Made by a program: the position numbers and the translations under genes. Below, piece after piece: positions 37,865-49,520 of a stretch of DNA of 64,000 bases. The DNA is from Mobula hypostoma (Eukaryota), in assembly GCF_963921235.1 (NCBI RefSeq), contig NC_086097.1:59274001-59338000 (forward strand). The letters run 5' to 3'. Under the pieces are notes generated by a model. That model was given only the letters and a program-made list of their open reading frames with translations, was not told where the DNA came from and ran no database searches. Within the stretch, counting starts at the first letter, position 1; the number at the start of each line of letters is the position of its first letter.

Positions 37865-38721
37865 TTCAAAATTCAATGTTCAAAGTACATTTATTATCAA
37901 TGTATGTATGAAGTTTACAACCTGGAGATTCATCTTTCAACAGACAGCCATGAAACAAGGAAATACCGTAGAACCTGTTCAAAGAAACCATGAAACACCC
38001 AACGTGCAAAAAAAGAATAAATTGCACAAACACACCGAATATAAAAAATCAAACGACAAATTCCTTGCCTCGGTATGTTCAGTTTAGTTCAGTTCATTTC
38101 AATTTAGCGTCTTGTCGTTCATTGACTGCAGGACACAGAACCAGACCGACCCAATCAAAATCGCACAAAACAGCCCAAACTGTGTCGACTAAACCTTGCC
38201 GAAGACCCAAGACTCTGGCAGCAGCAATTGAGAGGGAGAGAGAGATTGGTCAAATGCAGGCACTTTCCTCCAGCAGCACTGAGCAAGGGTGGGGTGGGGG
38301 GAGAGAGAGAGACCAGTCAAATGTAGGCACCTTATTCTAGCAGCAACGAATGAGAAGGAGGACAGAGACCATTCAAATGCAGGCAGACCAAGCTGAACTA
38401 CAGCTTGCCTTCCACTCTCATCCTCGTTGATTTCGATCTTGCTCGACACTTTAATTGGCAAAATCGGTGAGTAACAGAGTTCAGGTTTTGTGGCCTCAGG
38501 GCGTCACACTCTGCTCCAAATCTGACCAAAATCCCTCGGAGACAGCAAAGAGCCAGATTGCTCAATCAGCCCGAAAACACGCCATCACAAGTAAATCACA
38601 GGTTCCAATTGCATGCAGATTAGTAGCAGAATCGTATTTGAAAAAAGAAGTCAATGAAATAGTTTTGTGAACTGTCTGAAGGATGATGCTGTTGGTCACG
38701 TTATTCACAGATGCCATCTTC
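37865..38721 (-). mobile_element. Non-autonomous element with GAAGATGGC head and Rex1-type tail
   Basis: Minus strand starts GAAGATGGCATC and ends AATCTCCAGGTTG...ATAATAAATGTACTTTGAAC. TSD CATAG at 37860-37864 and 38722-38726. Confidence 0.8.
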
Positions 38722-39019
38722 CATAGATGTGTGAACAAGAGAAAGTGTGATACTAGATCTCTTATTAGGGAATAAGACAGGGCAGGTGACAAAAGTTTGT
38801 GTAGGGGAATACTTTGCATCTAGTGGCCATAATGCCATTAGTTGCAGAGTAGTTATGGGAGAAGGTAGTTCTGGTTCTGGAAATAGACAGGCCAAGTTTA
38901 ATGGTATCGGAAAGGATCAGGTGACTCCTCCTACTGGCATTGCATGGAGTAGACACGATTCTCGAAAGGCTCCGTTCTTTTTAAATTACTGAATCCAAAA
39001 AACTTACTTTTGGAGTATT

Positions 39020-39822
39020 ATGATGTCTCATGCTAAAACTTTTAAAAAAGAAGAGGATCCTTCTGTAACTATGGAAGCTATTGCGGAGTTAATTCAGAAA
39101 GCTCAGAGCGAAACGTCTGAACAACTTTCGGATGTATGTTTAAAAGTTACCACAAAGCTTAAACGAATGGAGATTCTGCTGCAGATTTTGCAGAAAACTT
39201 TACAGGAACATACTACTCAGATTCAAGAACATGAAGATACTTTAACCAGACTGGACACTAAGACGGATGAATTGGAAAAGCTCAGAGATAAACAATCGAA
39301 AATTGTTGAATCTTTAAGACAAAAGATTGTTGCTTTGGTGAATAGATCAAGAAGGAACAATATACAAATTTTGGGTCTTCCTGAGTTGGTCGAAGGCAAG
39401 CGACCTGCAAATCTGTTGGCTCGTTTGTTTTCTGATGTTTTGGAGACTCCACCAAGAATAGACAGGGCACACCGAATTCCAATGTTTAGACCCCCTTCTC
39501 AACAAAAACCTTAACCTGTGATAATTGCTTTTCATATCTTCCAAACTAAGGTTTCTATAATTCACCAATCTTGTCAGTTAGGTATAATTAACTTTGAAGA
39601 TTATAAGATAAGGCTGGTCAAAGATTATTCGCCTGAGGTATTAAATGAACGTTTTAAGTATATAAAAAGATTATGGTGGAGTTATATAACAAAGGCTATA
39701 AGCCTTCACTAAATTACCTCGCTCGCCTCAGGATCATTTTGGAAAATGGCTCTCCTAAGTGGTTTCGTTCGATTGAGGAAGAGCATGAATTTCTTCAGGC
39801 CAAATTAAGTCCAGAAGACTAA
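39020..39822 (+). pseudogene. L1 ORF1 (coiled coil, RRM, CTD), disrupted
   Basis: Heptad-rich N-terminus, NRSRRNNIQILGLPE, IDRAHR, stop at 39514, then DYS and YLARLRI after a frameshift. Confidence 0.9.
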
Positions 39823-40628
39823 TTGTTTAATACTGTATCATATAAATTACACTTCCTTAGCTTGACCGATTCTCTGTTGTTGGATGTTTGCAATCTAATG
39901 GTTTAGTATGTCTTTTATTTTGAACAATTCTCTCTTCTATTCTCGTAAACTCTTATAATTAGTTTCTGTTCTTATCGTATTTTCTTTGCCGAGTTAATTT
40001 TTTTTCAACATGATGTTTTGAACTCTTGTTTAGCTCTTTGGAATAATATTTAGTCTATCAACTCCAGAAGTTTAAATGTTTGTTTCTGCTTCATATAACC
40101 TTGTTTCCTTAGTTTGACTGATCAATTCATTGTAATTGTGCAGTTTATTTGTTTATTACTTTTTTCTTTGAATAATTCTTTTTTCGATATATTTTCATAA
40201 ATAATTCTTCTTTTTCTTCTCTTTTTTATTTTTTCTATTTAGGAAATTAATAGACTTAACTTCAGTAAGGTTTCTTTCTAATTATTTTTTGCAAACATTA
40301 CGTTTTGATTTTTTTTAGTTCTTTTGAAGGTTATTAGTCTAGGTTGGAATTCATTCTGTACTAATCTTTTCTTCTTTTGAAGCTTTGCCAGTAGGATGTT
40401 GGGGGAGGAATTTATCAGTAGATTAGCTTTCGCCCTCGCTTGGGTGATTTTCTTCCTTGGGAGGGGGGGTGGACAGCAGTGGGCTTTTTTTTTCTTTTTC
40501 CTTTTTATCCGCTGTTTGGTTATCCCTGCCTCATCTATTGCTTTGTCAAGTATTTTGAATTTTAAGGTTTGGATTTTTGGTATATTCCAGTGGTTTATAT
40601 GTTTAACCTCTTTTTTAAACATAATCAA

Positions 40629-43600
40629 ATGGTATACAATATTAATTTTCTTAGTTTAAATGTGAAAGGTTTAAACCACCCTGTGAAACGCAATAAGATT
40701 TTAACCTATATTAAGAAATTGAATGCCTGAATTATTTTTTTACAAGAGACACATGGTTGCAGATGACTGTGGGCTTTTGTTCAAATGTTGAAACGGTCTA
40801 GCTTTTCATTCTTCCTTTCAAGCCAAGGCCAGAGATACTTTGATTTTGATTGACAATTCAGTTGCTTTTGTTCAACATGATGTAATGTCTAACCCCAGTG
40901 AGCGGTTCATTATAGTCTCAGGGAAACTAGATAACAAACTAATGATTTTTACTAATCTCTATGCTCCAAATATAGATGATCCTGGCTTTCTTGAATTTTT
41001 TTTCCTTTTTACCAGACTTAAATTTGTAGTCTTCAATCTTGGGAGGGGATTTTAATTGTCGTCTTGACCCTGTTTTAGACCGTTCATCTTCGAAACGATT
41101 GAATATTAGTAGATCTGCCTCCTATATCCAATCTTTTCCAATGAAATGTGACATTATTGATGTTTGGTGTTTTTTATACCCAACAAGTAGAGAATATTCC
41201 TTTTTTCCTCATGTTCATCATACCTGTTCCAGGATTGATTATTTTTTTGTCGATAGTCATTTGATACCCTCTGATCGATCCTGTGATTATAAAGAAATTG
41301 CGGTTTCAGATCATGCCCCTGTTTTTTTAATCTTTAAATCTTCCGGGTGTTTCTCAATGAAACAAATTTTGTCATTTTAATCTAATTTTATATCGGATAA
41401 GGCTTTTTTTACAATTTTTAGAGAGTCAAATTACTTATTTCTTTGAAGAGAATACATTAGATGGCACTTCTAGCCTTATTATTTGGGATGCTTTCAAGAC
41501 TTATATTAGAGGCCAAATTATTTCCTATATAGCAAATATTAAGAAAAAAGCTAATAAGGACAGAACTGATTTAGCCAATCAGCTGAAACATCTAGATCAA
41601 AAATATGCTTCTGATCCAGATCCTGTTTTGTATAAAAGACGCGTGGAAGTTAAAACTAAATATGATCCGTTCTTAACTTACCCTGTTGAAACTCAACTTT
41701 TAAAAGATAGTCAATTTTATATTCATGGTGATAAAACGGGCAAACATTTGGCTAATCAACTCAAAACTTTAACAGTTAAACATCGAATTAAGGAAATCTC
41801 CAAAGCGAATGGTGATAAAACTTCTGATCAATTAGAAATAAACGATACTTTTAGAGAATTTTACTCTAAACTGTATAGTTCAGATTCCCCTAAAGCCAAT
41901 TTTGCTATGAATAATTTTCTAGATCGTTTAAACATTCCCTCACTTTCTGACGTTAATTGAAAATGGTTAGATCAACCTTTTTCTTCTGAGAAAATTGCCC
42001 AGGTTGTCCATTCTCTGAAAGCCGGGAAGGCTCCCAGTCCTGACGGATTTTCTGGAGAGTTCCACAAGGCTTTTTCTCCTTTGCTTATTCCTCAGTTACT
42101 TTCTGTTCTTTCTGAATCTTCTAAATTAGGTAGGTTGCCACAATCTTTTTATGATGCCTCTATTTCACTTATTCTCAAAAAGAATAAAGATCCAACTGAT
42201 TGGTCTTCCTACAGATGTATCTCCTTACTTAATGTTGATGCTAAAATTTTATCTAAACATTTGACTTATAGGATGGAAAACATTCTGTCTTTTATTATCT
42301 CCGATGACCAGACTGGATTTATTAAAAATCGTTATTCTCATTTTAACATTCGTCATTTACTGAATGTTATTTATTCTCCCTCTAAAGAAACTTCCGAATG
42401 TGTGATTTCTTTGGATGCTGAGAAAGCCTTTGACGGGGTTGAATGGAATTATCTATTTAAAATATTAGAAAAATTTAAATTTGGCTCCAATTTTATTCAA
42501 TGGATTAAATTACTTTATTTATCTCCCACTGCACAGGTTCTTACTAACTCTCAGAGTTCTAAACCATTTAATCTCCAATGTGGAACCAGACAAGGATGTC
42601 CTTTGAGTCCTTTGCTTTTCGATTTGGCTTTAGAGCCTTTAGCCATCATGTTTCGTGAATCCGTTGACATCTTGGGTATTTTAAGGAGGGGTATCACTCA
42701 TAAGGTGTCACCTTATGCTGATGACCTTTTGCTCTACATTTCTAATGTGGAGTCCTCTCTACCCTTAATACTCTCTTTACTTTCTGAATTTAGTCAGTTC
42801 TCAGGATATAAACTTAATCTTCATAAGAGTGAACTTTTTCCTTTGAATAATTTGGTATCAGTCAAGTCTGACCTTCCTTTTAAAATAGTAAGAAATCAAT
42901 TTATGTATTTGGGTATAACAATTACTAAGAATTATAAATTTCTTTTTAAAGAAAACTTTTCACTCTTTTGGAATACGTTAAGAAGGTACTTTGTACTATC
43001 ATATTGGTCTCCCCTTTCTTTATCGCTGATTGGACGTATTAATTCTATTAAAATGAATATTTTGCCTAAATTTTTATACTTATTTCAAGCCCTACCTGCC
43101 TTTATTCCTAAATCCTTTTTCGACTTTAGATTTGATTATATCTTCTTACTTATGGAAGAATAAAACCCCCCGATTAAACAAAGTTCATCTTCAGAAAGCT
43201 AAAAAAAATGGGGGATTAGCCCCACCCAATTTTAGGTTTTACTACTGGGCAGTCAATAGACTGCCTTACGTTTTGGATATACTACAATAATTGTGAAGAC
43301 TGTCTGGTTTAGGTTTCTTCAGAAGTTAATTCTGTTAATAAATTTTCTATTATTTCTCTTCTTGGTTGTTCAATTCCTCTATTCTTAAATAATTTAACTG
43401 ATAATTTTGTAGTTAAACATTCTTTGAGGATTTGGTTACAATTCAGAAAATTTCTTTGGGTTATTAGGTTTTTCACTCTCTAGTCCCATTTTTTTCTATT
43501 TTTTTAAACTTTCTTTGTCTGATGTAGTTTTTAAAGAGTGGAATAGACTAGGTATTAAATGTTTTCAGGATCTATTTGTTGGAGATAGCCTTACCTCATT

Positions 43601-44400
43601 TGAACAACTATCTATTAAATATGATCTTCCTAAAGCTCACTTTTTTTAGATATTTACAAATTAGAGACTTCTCACATTCTCAACTTTATACATTTCCTAA
43701 TTGTCCAGATAAGAATTTACTTGATAAAATTTTTACTTTGAAACCTTTTCATAATGGATCTATTTCTAATATTTATAGTAGGTTGTTGGCATTGAGAAAC
43801 ATTCCATTAGACAAAATTAAAAACCTCTGGGAACATGACCTACAGATTTCAATTGATGAGGATACTTGGAATGAAATTTTTAAACTTGTTCACTCCTCTT
43901 CGTTATGTGCGCGTCACCCTCTTTTACAATTTAAAGTGGTTCATAGAGCCTATATGACTAAAGGTTGGCTCTCTCATTTTTATTCAGATTTTTCTCCATA
44001 CTGTAATAGGTGTAATGTCGAAGAGGCCTCTCTAATTTATATGTTTTGGTCCTGCCCGCGGCTTGATGAATTTTGGAAAAAAGTATTTCAAACTTACTTG
44101 GAGCTTTTTAAAGTAAACTTTAAACCCAACCCTCTGACTGCCTTGTTTGGCATTGTTGGAGGAAATGATTTTACTCTTAAGCTGAATGATTTGCATATTT
44201 TGGCTTTTATTTCTCTTTTAGCCAGAAGAGTTTTGTTGCTTAAATGGAAAGATGCCACTCCACCTACTCAAGCCCATTGGTTGATTGATGTTATGTCATG
44301 TTTAAATCTAGAGAAGATTAGCTGTTCTATTTCTATACCTTGACAAGATTTTTTCACATTATGGGGACCTTTTTGGAACTACTTTTACAATTTTCAATTT
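40629..44400 (+). pseudogene. L1 ORF2 (APE endonuclease, RT, CCHC), multiple frameshifts and stops
   Basis: SLNVKGLN, FLQETH, NLYAPN, GGDFN, SRIDY, SDHAP; SLDAEKAFD, GTRQGCPLSP, YADD; CNRC..W.CP. Confidence 0.95.
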
Positions 44401-46624
44401 GGTCAGCAATGATGATGGCTATTATATGTTTGAATTTATGATTATATGTCAGAGATTTTTTCTTCTTTTAACCAAACAGCTGTTTTTTTCTCTCTTTTTT
44501 TCTGTTTTGTTATGGGGTTTTGATTTTGCTTTAGATTAGAATAAAATATACCTTTTCAATATTATGGTTAATTTACTATACGTAGTTATGGGGCAATTCA
44601 ATCTTGTTTCTGTTTCCATAATATCGTCTATGCAAGTAATTAACAAAAATATTGGAAAAGAGAAAGAAAGGATTGGGCAAGTGCAGATTGATATATGTTG
44701 TTTTCTAGCAAAGTTGTACTTCGTAAATGGGAGCCCTTCAAAAGTGAGATTTTGAGAATACAGAGTTTGTATGTTGCTGTCAGAACAAAAGGCAAGGATG
44801 ATAGGTTTCTGAGAGATGCTGAGGTCCTAGTTAAGAGAAATAAGGAGGTGCATTGCAGGTATAGGCAGACAAGAACAAATAAGGTACTAGAGGAGTATTA
44901 AAATACAAGAAGACACTTAAGTAGGAAACCAAGAGGATTAAAAGAAGACATGAAGTTGCTCTAGCAGAAGAGGCAAAGGAAAATCTTAGGGGCTTCTACA
45001 CGTATATTAAGAACAAAAGGATAGGAAGGAAAAATTGTTCTTCTAGAAGATCAGAAGGGGGAGATCTTAAATGGACCTTTTGTATTTGATTAAAGATAGT
45101 CAACATGGCTTTGTACATAGTAGGTCGTGGAGGCCTAATTTGGATTATTGTTTGCAGTTTTGGTCAGCTACCTACATAAAAGATGGAAATAATATAGAAA
45201 GTACGCAGAGAAAATTTACAAGGATGTTGCCTTATTGACTTATAGACCTGAGTTATAGTGAAAGATTAAATAGGTTAGAACTTCATCCCCTAGAATGCAG
45301 AACACTGAGGAGAGATTTGATAGAGGTATACAAAATTATGAGGGGCGTAGATAGGTTAAATACAAGCAGGCATTTTACACTGAGGATGGGTGAGATTACA
45401 ACTAGAAGTCATGGGTTAAGGGTGAAAGGTGAAATGTTTAAAGGGAATATGAGGGGAAACTTCTTCACTCAGAGGGTGGTAAGAATGTAAAAGGACTGCC
45501 AGTGTAAGTAATGGATGCAGATTTGATTTCAACATTTAAGAGAAATTTGGATAAGTACTTGGGTGGGAGGCATATGGAGCACTATGATCCAGGGGCAGGT
45601 CAATGGGACTAGGCAAATTTATAGTTCAGCATGTAGATGGGCTGAAGAGCATGTTTCTGTGCTGTAGAGTTCTATGACTCTATGACTTTAAACTTCCTTA
45701 ATTTACTCTCTATTACCGTCATCTATATTGTATCAAGTTCTGGTCAACCATCATCTCTGTGCTTGGTAACCTATATAAGCCTCTGTTTCATTGAAGGTGC
45801 TATTTTAAAATGTTTTAGGTATGATTAAATCTATCACCACAAAGAGTTGTAAGACATCTCTAGTAATCTGTAGTTGACTAGATTTGTCATTCAGTGAATC
45901 AGATGGTTGTTTCTGCATTCTCATTTTTGCAACACTGCCTTTGAGGGTAAAGGAGAGAGTCAGAAGCATCTCATCAGTGAACCATCTCTTTTAGAAATAT
46001 ATGTACTGTATCCTACTTAATTACAATGAATGTCATTATTCCTTTAATCTCACATGGTAACTTGTTTGCAGAATCATCAGGCTCTGTGAATCTCTAAACT
46101 ATTAGACAGCACGGTGATATTCAGATGTACTGTTGCCATCTTGGCTGTCATACAGATTGTAGAGAATACTTCTTGTCAGATATTATTTGTGCTGCGTGAT
46201 TATTCATCACATCATTCAAGTTGCTGCCTCTGTTTCCTGTAGAAGAAAACATGCAGGGATGTGTCTTCAGTAATGTATTGTTTTTCTAGATTACCTTCAA
46301 GGTAATATCATTAACATCCCATCTTTTTGTCTTCCCAGAATAATAAGATTAATATAACTGCCTGACAGGTCACCAGTTTTAAAGACAACTTGGTACTTAG
46401 GATAATTACATTCCCATTTGTGTTATGTTATTATTCATGTTGACTAGAATATTGATCATGAGGACTGCTTTCAGTTAACTCCTGATGCAGAAAATCCTCT
46501 ATTAATAAAACAAATGGATGGAGCAAGGGCAGAACCTCACTCTGTTCAGTGACATCATGAATGCATTCAAATCTTCTGTGGTAAACAAAGTAATTTCTTT
46601 CTCCATAAGACAAAAGACAGAAAA

Positions 46625-46790
46625 CACGGGGATAGATAGATAAAGAGTGAGAGAGGAAGAGAGAAAGAGATGGAAATAGATACATATAGACAGATACAGA
46701 GAGACAAGGATAGAGAGAGAGAGAGAGAGGAGAGAGAGAGAAACAGTGAGAAAGGGAAAAGGGGAAGGCAGAGGGAGGAGAAAGAGAACC
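46625..46790 (+). repeat. (GA)n / purine-rich low-complexity tract
   Basis: GAGAGAGAGAGAGAGAGG..., GATAGATA. Confidence 0.9.
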
Positions 46791-47844
46791 AAACTGAACG
46801 AAAAGCACCATCAAATTGATTGTTCGCACAGTGATATGCTTTTCCATGGTTTTTGTTTCCATTTAGTAGTTAGCTTTGGGGTGTTATGCTACACTGTGAT
46901 CTGGTGAAGCCGAAAGAAAATGATGTTAAGACAGATGTTGCCAATGCAGATCATATTGCTCTGTGATTTTCTATCAATGATTTAAAAAGAATCATTAGGA
47001 TGCTGGTCACACTCTTTAGAGAGATCCTTTATTTAGGATAAAGACAAGACATAAGCTGACCTATCACAGACCTCTTTTGGCAGGAGAATCTATCTGTCAC
47101 ACTTGTTTTGTACAGGACTGGATCTGCCATGAGAAAGATGTTTCTTCTGTGATTTAACTATTCAGCTATGTAGCTAAATCTCTATCTAAGGTTGTGTTGG
47201 TCCTACCTTATCTTCAAAACGTATTTCTATTTCCATTTGCAAACATACTGAATCACTGCTATCACCTTCCCAAGGAATGTGCATTAATTTCCTAAAGCAA
47301 TCCCTCCACAAAAGTGGTGTGACACCTTCTTGTTGTAATAATTGTTGTATTCAATTAGCTACTTGCAGGGAGTTAAAATAAAAAAAGGAATTTACTTCTT
47401 ATCCAGCAGAGGGAGCAAATAAGAATGTTGCATTACATTCCATCAGTTTGTGAAGTACTATTACACTATGAAGTTACGATATTACAAAGGCTTATATTTT
47501 TGGACAAATATGCCTAGATTAACTGTTCATTGAATCTTATAATGTAGTTCACATTGATTATAACATCACTTCACTTACCTGAAACTTTACCAAAATGGAA
47601 TATATTTAAAAAAATGAGAGGCAATATACAGTACTTTAAATAACATAGATTTAGAGCCGTAGGGGAAATTGGGGATTAACATAATTTTTTGGAAGAGGCA
47701 GAATTAATTGATTAACTTGTGCAAAAGTCAATGGCATTCTTGGTTTCAGATATATTTGCACTGGGAGAGATGGGGGAAGGGAAAGTGGGTGAGAGTGTGT
47801 TTCTCGAGCTGATGCTGTTGGCCCTTGAGCAAAGAAGTTAAGGG

Positions 47845-48945
47845 GGCATCAAGTTTCAAGACTTTGGCCTCAATATCCCCTTGTGCAATTGGATGCTGGA
47901 AATCCTCACTTGCAGACCCTGGACGGTTTGGATTGGCCACAGCATCTCTTTTACAATGTCCCTCAGCACAGGTGCATTGCAAGTCTGTGTGCTTAGCCCT
48001 CTGCTCTACTCGCTTTATACTTATGACTGTATGGCTAGGCACAGCTCCATAGCTATATTCAAGTTTAATGTCGTAGGCTAAATCAAAGGCAGCCCATATA
48101 AATCAGCATATAGGAGGGAGATTGAAAATCTGGCTGAGTGGTGCCACAGCAGCAACCTCTCACTCAATGTCAGCAAGACCAAGGAGCTGACTATTGAATT
48201 CAGGAGGAGGAAACTAGAGTTCCAAGAGCCAGTCCACATTAGAGGATCAAAGATGAAGCGTGTCAACAACTTTAAATTCCTCAGTGCTATTATTTCGAAG
48301 GACCTGTCCTGGGCCCAGGATATAAGTGCAATTACGAAGAAAGCACAGCAGTGCCGCAACTTCCTTAGGAGTTTGCGAAGATTAGGCATGACATCTAAAA
48401 TTCTGGCAAACTTCGTGCAGTGGCGAGTATATTGATTGGCTGCATCACAGTCTGCTAAGGAAACTCAATGCCCTTGAATGGAAAATCCAACAAAGTAGTG
48501 GATACGGTCCAGTCCATCATGGACAAAACTCTCCCTAGCATTGAGCACATCTACACAGAACCTTGTTGCAGAAAAGCAACATCCATCATCAGGGACTCTC
48601 ACCACCAAGGTCATGCTCTCTTCTGGCCGCTGCCATCAAGAAAAAGGTACAGGAGCCTTAGGGCTCGCACCACCAGGTTCAGGAGCAGTTATTACCCCTC
48701 ATCCACCAGGCTCTGAAACCAAAGGGGATAACTTCACTCCACTTCACTTGCCCCATCATTGAAATGTTCCCACAACATTTCGACTCACTGTCAACGTCTC
48801 TTCATCTTATGTTCTCAATATTTATTGCTTATTTGTTTCTCATTATTACTTCTTTCCTTTTTTATTTGCACAGTTTGTTGTCTTTTTGCACACTGACTGA
48901 ATTCCCAAGTTGGTGTAGTCTTTCACTGAATCTATTATGGTTAGT
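47845..48945 (+). mobile_element. Rex1/Babar RT C-terminal half and partial 3' UTR
   Basis: CNWMLEILTCRP..LSTGALQVCVLSPLLYSLYTYDC, KFLSAIISKDLSW..KKAQQ, RARTTRFRSSYYP. Confidence 0.92.
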
Positions 48946-49367
48946 CTTAACCCAATCCCTTCCAATATCCAGATCTGCCCTTGTAACTCAGTCCCTCCCA
49001 ATGCCTGGACCTGTCCTTGGAGCTCATCCCATTCCAATGCCAGGCTTTGGATATTCAGAAGAGGTTGTCATTGAGCTTACCCGCTGAACTCTATGATTCC
49101 GTGAAAGACTTCCCCCTAGTCCTGCTTCTCAATTTGTGAAAAAAAATCTGAGGAAGAGAAGCAGATATAGGCTTATAGAGGCAATATGAGGGAATAGGTG
49201 TGGCAAAATGGAAGGTAATGCAAGAAGCTGAGCACAGTGGGAAGAGAACAAAGATAGAGGGAGGGGGTGAATGGGGTATCATGGAGGTGGCAGAGTGGGG
49301 ATGGTTGGAGGAAAAGGGGATGTTTGGAATAGGAATGAAAATTGTACGATAGGTTCTGTATCTCACA

Positions 49368-49520
49368 ACATTACACAAAATATTGGAGTGAAATAAGCAG
49401 TTAACGTTTCTGGCTGAGACCTTTCACCAATTCCTTTTCTTAGATGCTGCCTGATTTGCTGAGTTCCTCCTGTATTTTGTGTGCGTTGCTTAAGATTTCT
49501 GGAACCTGCAGCATCTTTTG
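49368..49520. mobile_element. Degenerate Penelope foldback element
   Basis: ACACAAAATATTGGAG..GTTAACGTTTCTGGCTGAGACC, then TAGATGCTGCCTGATTTGCTGAGTTCCTCC..GTGTGCGTTGCT. Confidence 0.7.

Larger units (their letters stand above)
38918..44665 (+). mobile_element. Near full-length L1-clade LINE, inactivated
   Basis: ORF1 and ORF2 remnants, long spacer, purine-rich tail. TSD GAAAGGAT at 38910-38917 and 44666-44673. Confidence 0.95.
36165..45687 (+). mobile_element. Near full-length, decayed CR1 (ORF1 zinc finger plus SGNH esterase; ORF2 EN-RT), host to two insertions
   Basis: ORF1: TCRSASS finger remnant, CCFPGARIRDI, LVHFNTN, DGLHLN. ORF2: FNARSIVGK..IVAINETWL, ILDLLLGN..SGHNAI. Resumes at 38722 and 44666. 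Tail TCTATGACTCTATGAC. RT core largely deleted. Confidence 0.9.

Noticed and set aside
46431..46862. 143 aa and 96 aa Leu/Ser-rich ORFs
   Set aside because: Products of the (TC)n strand of a microsatellite.
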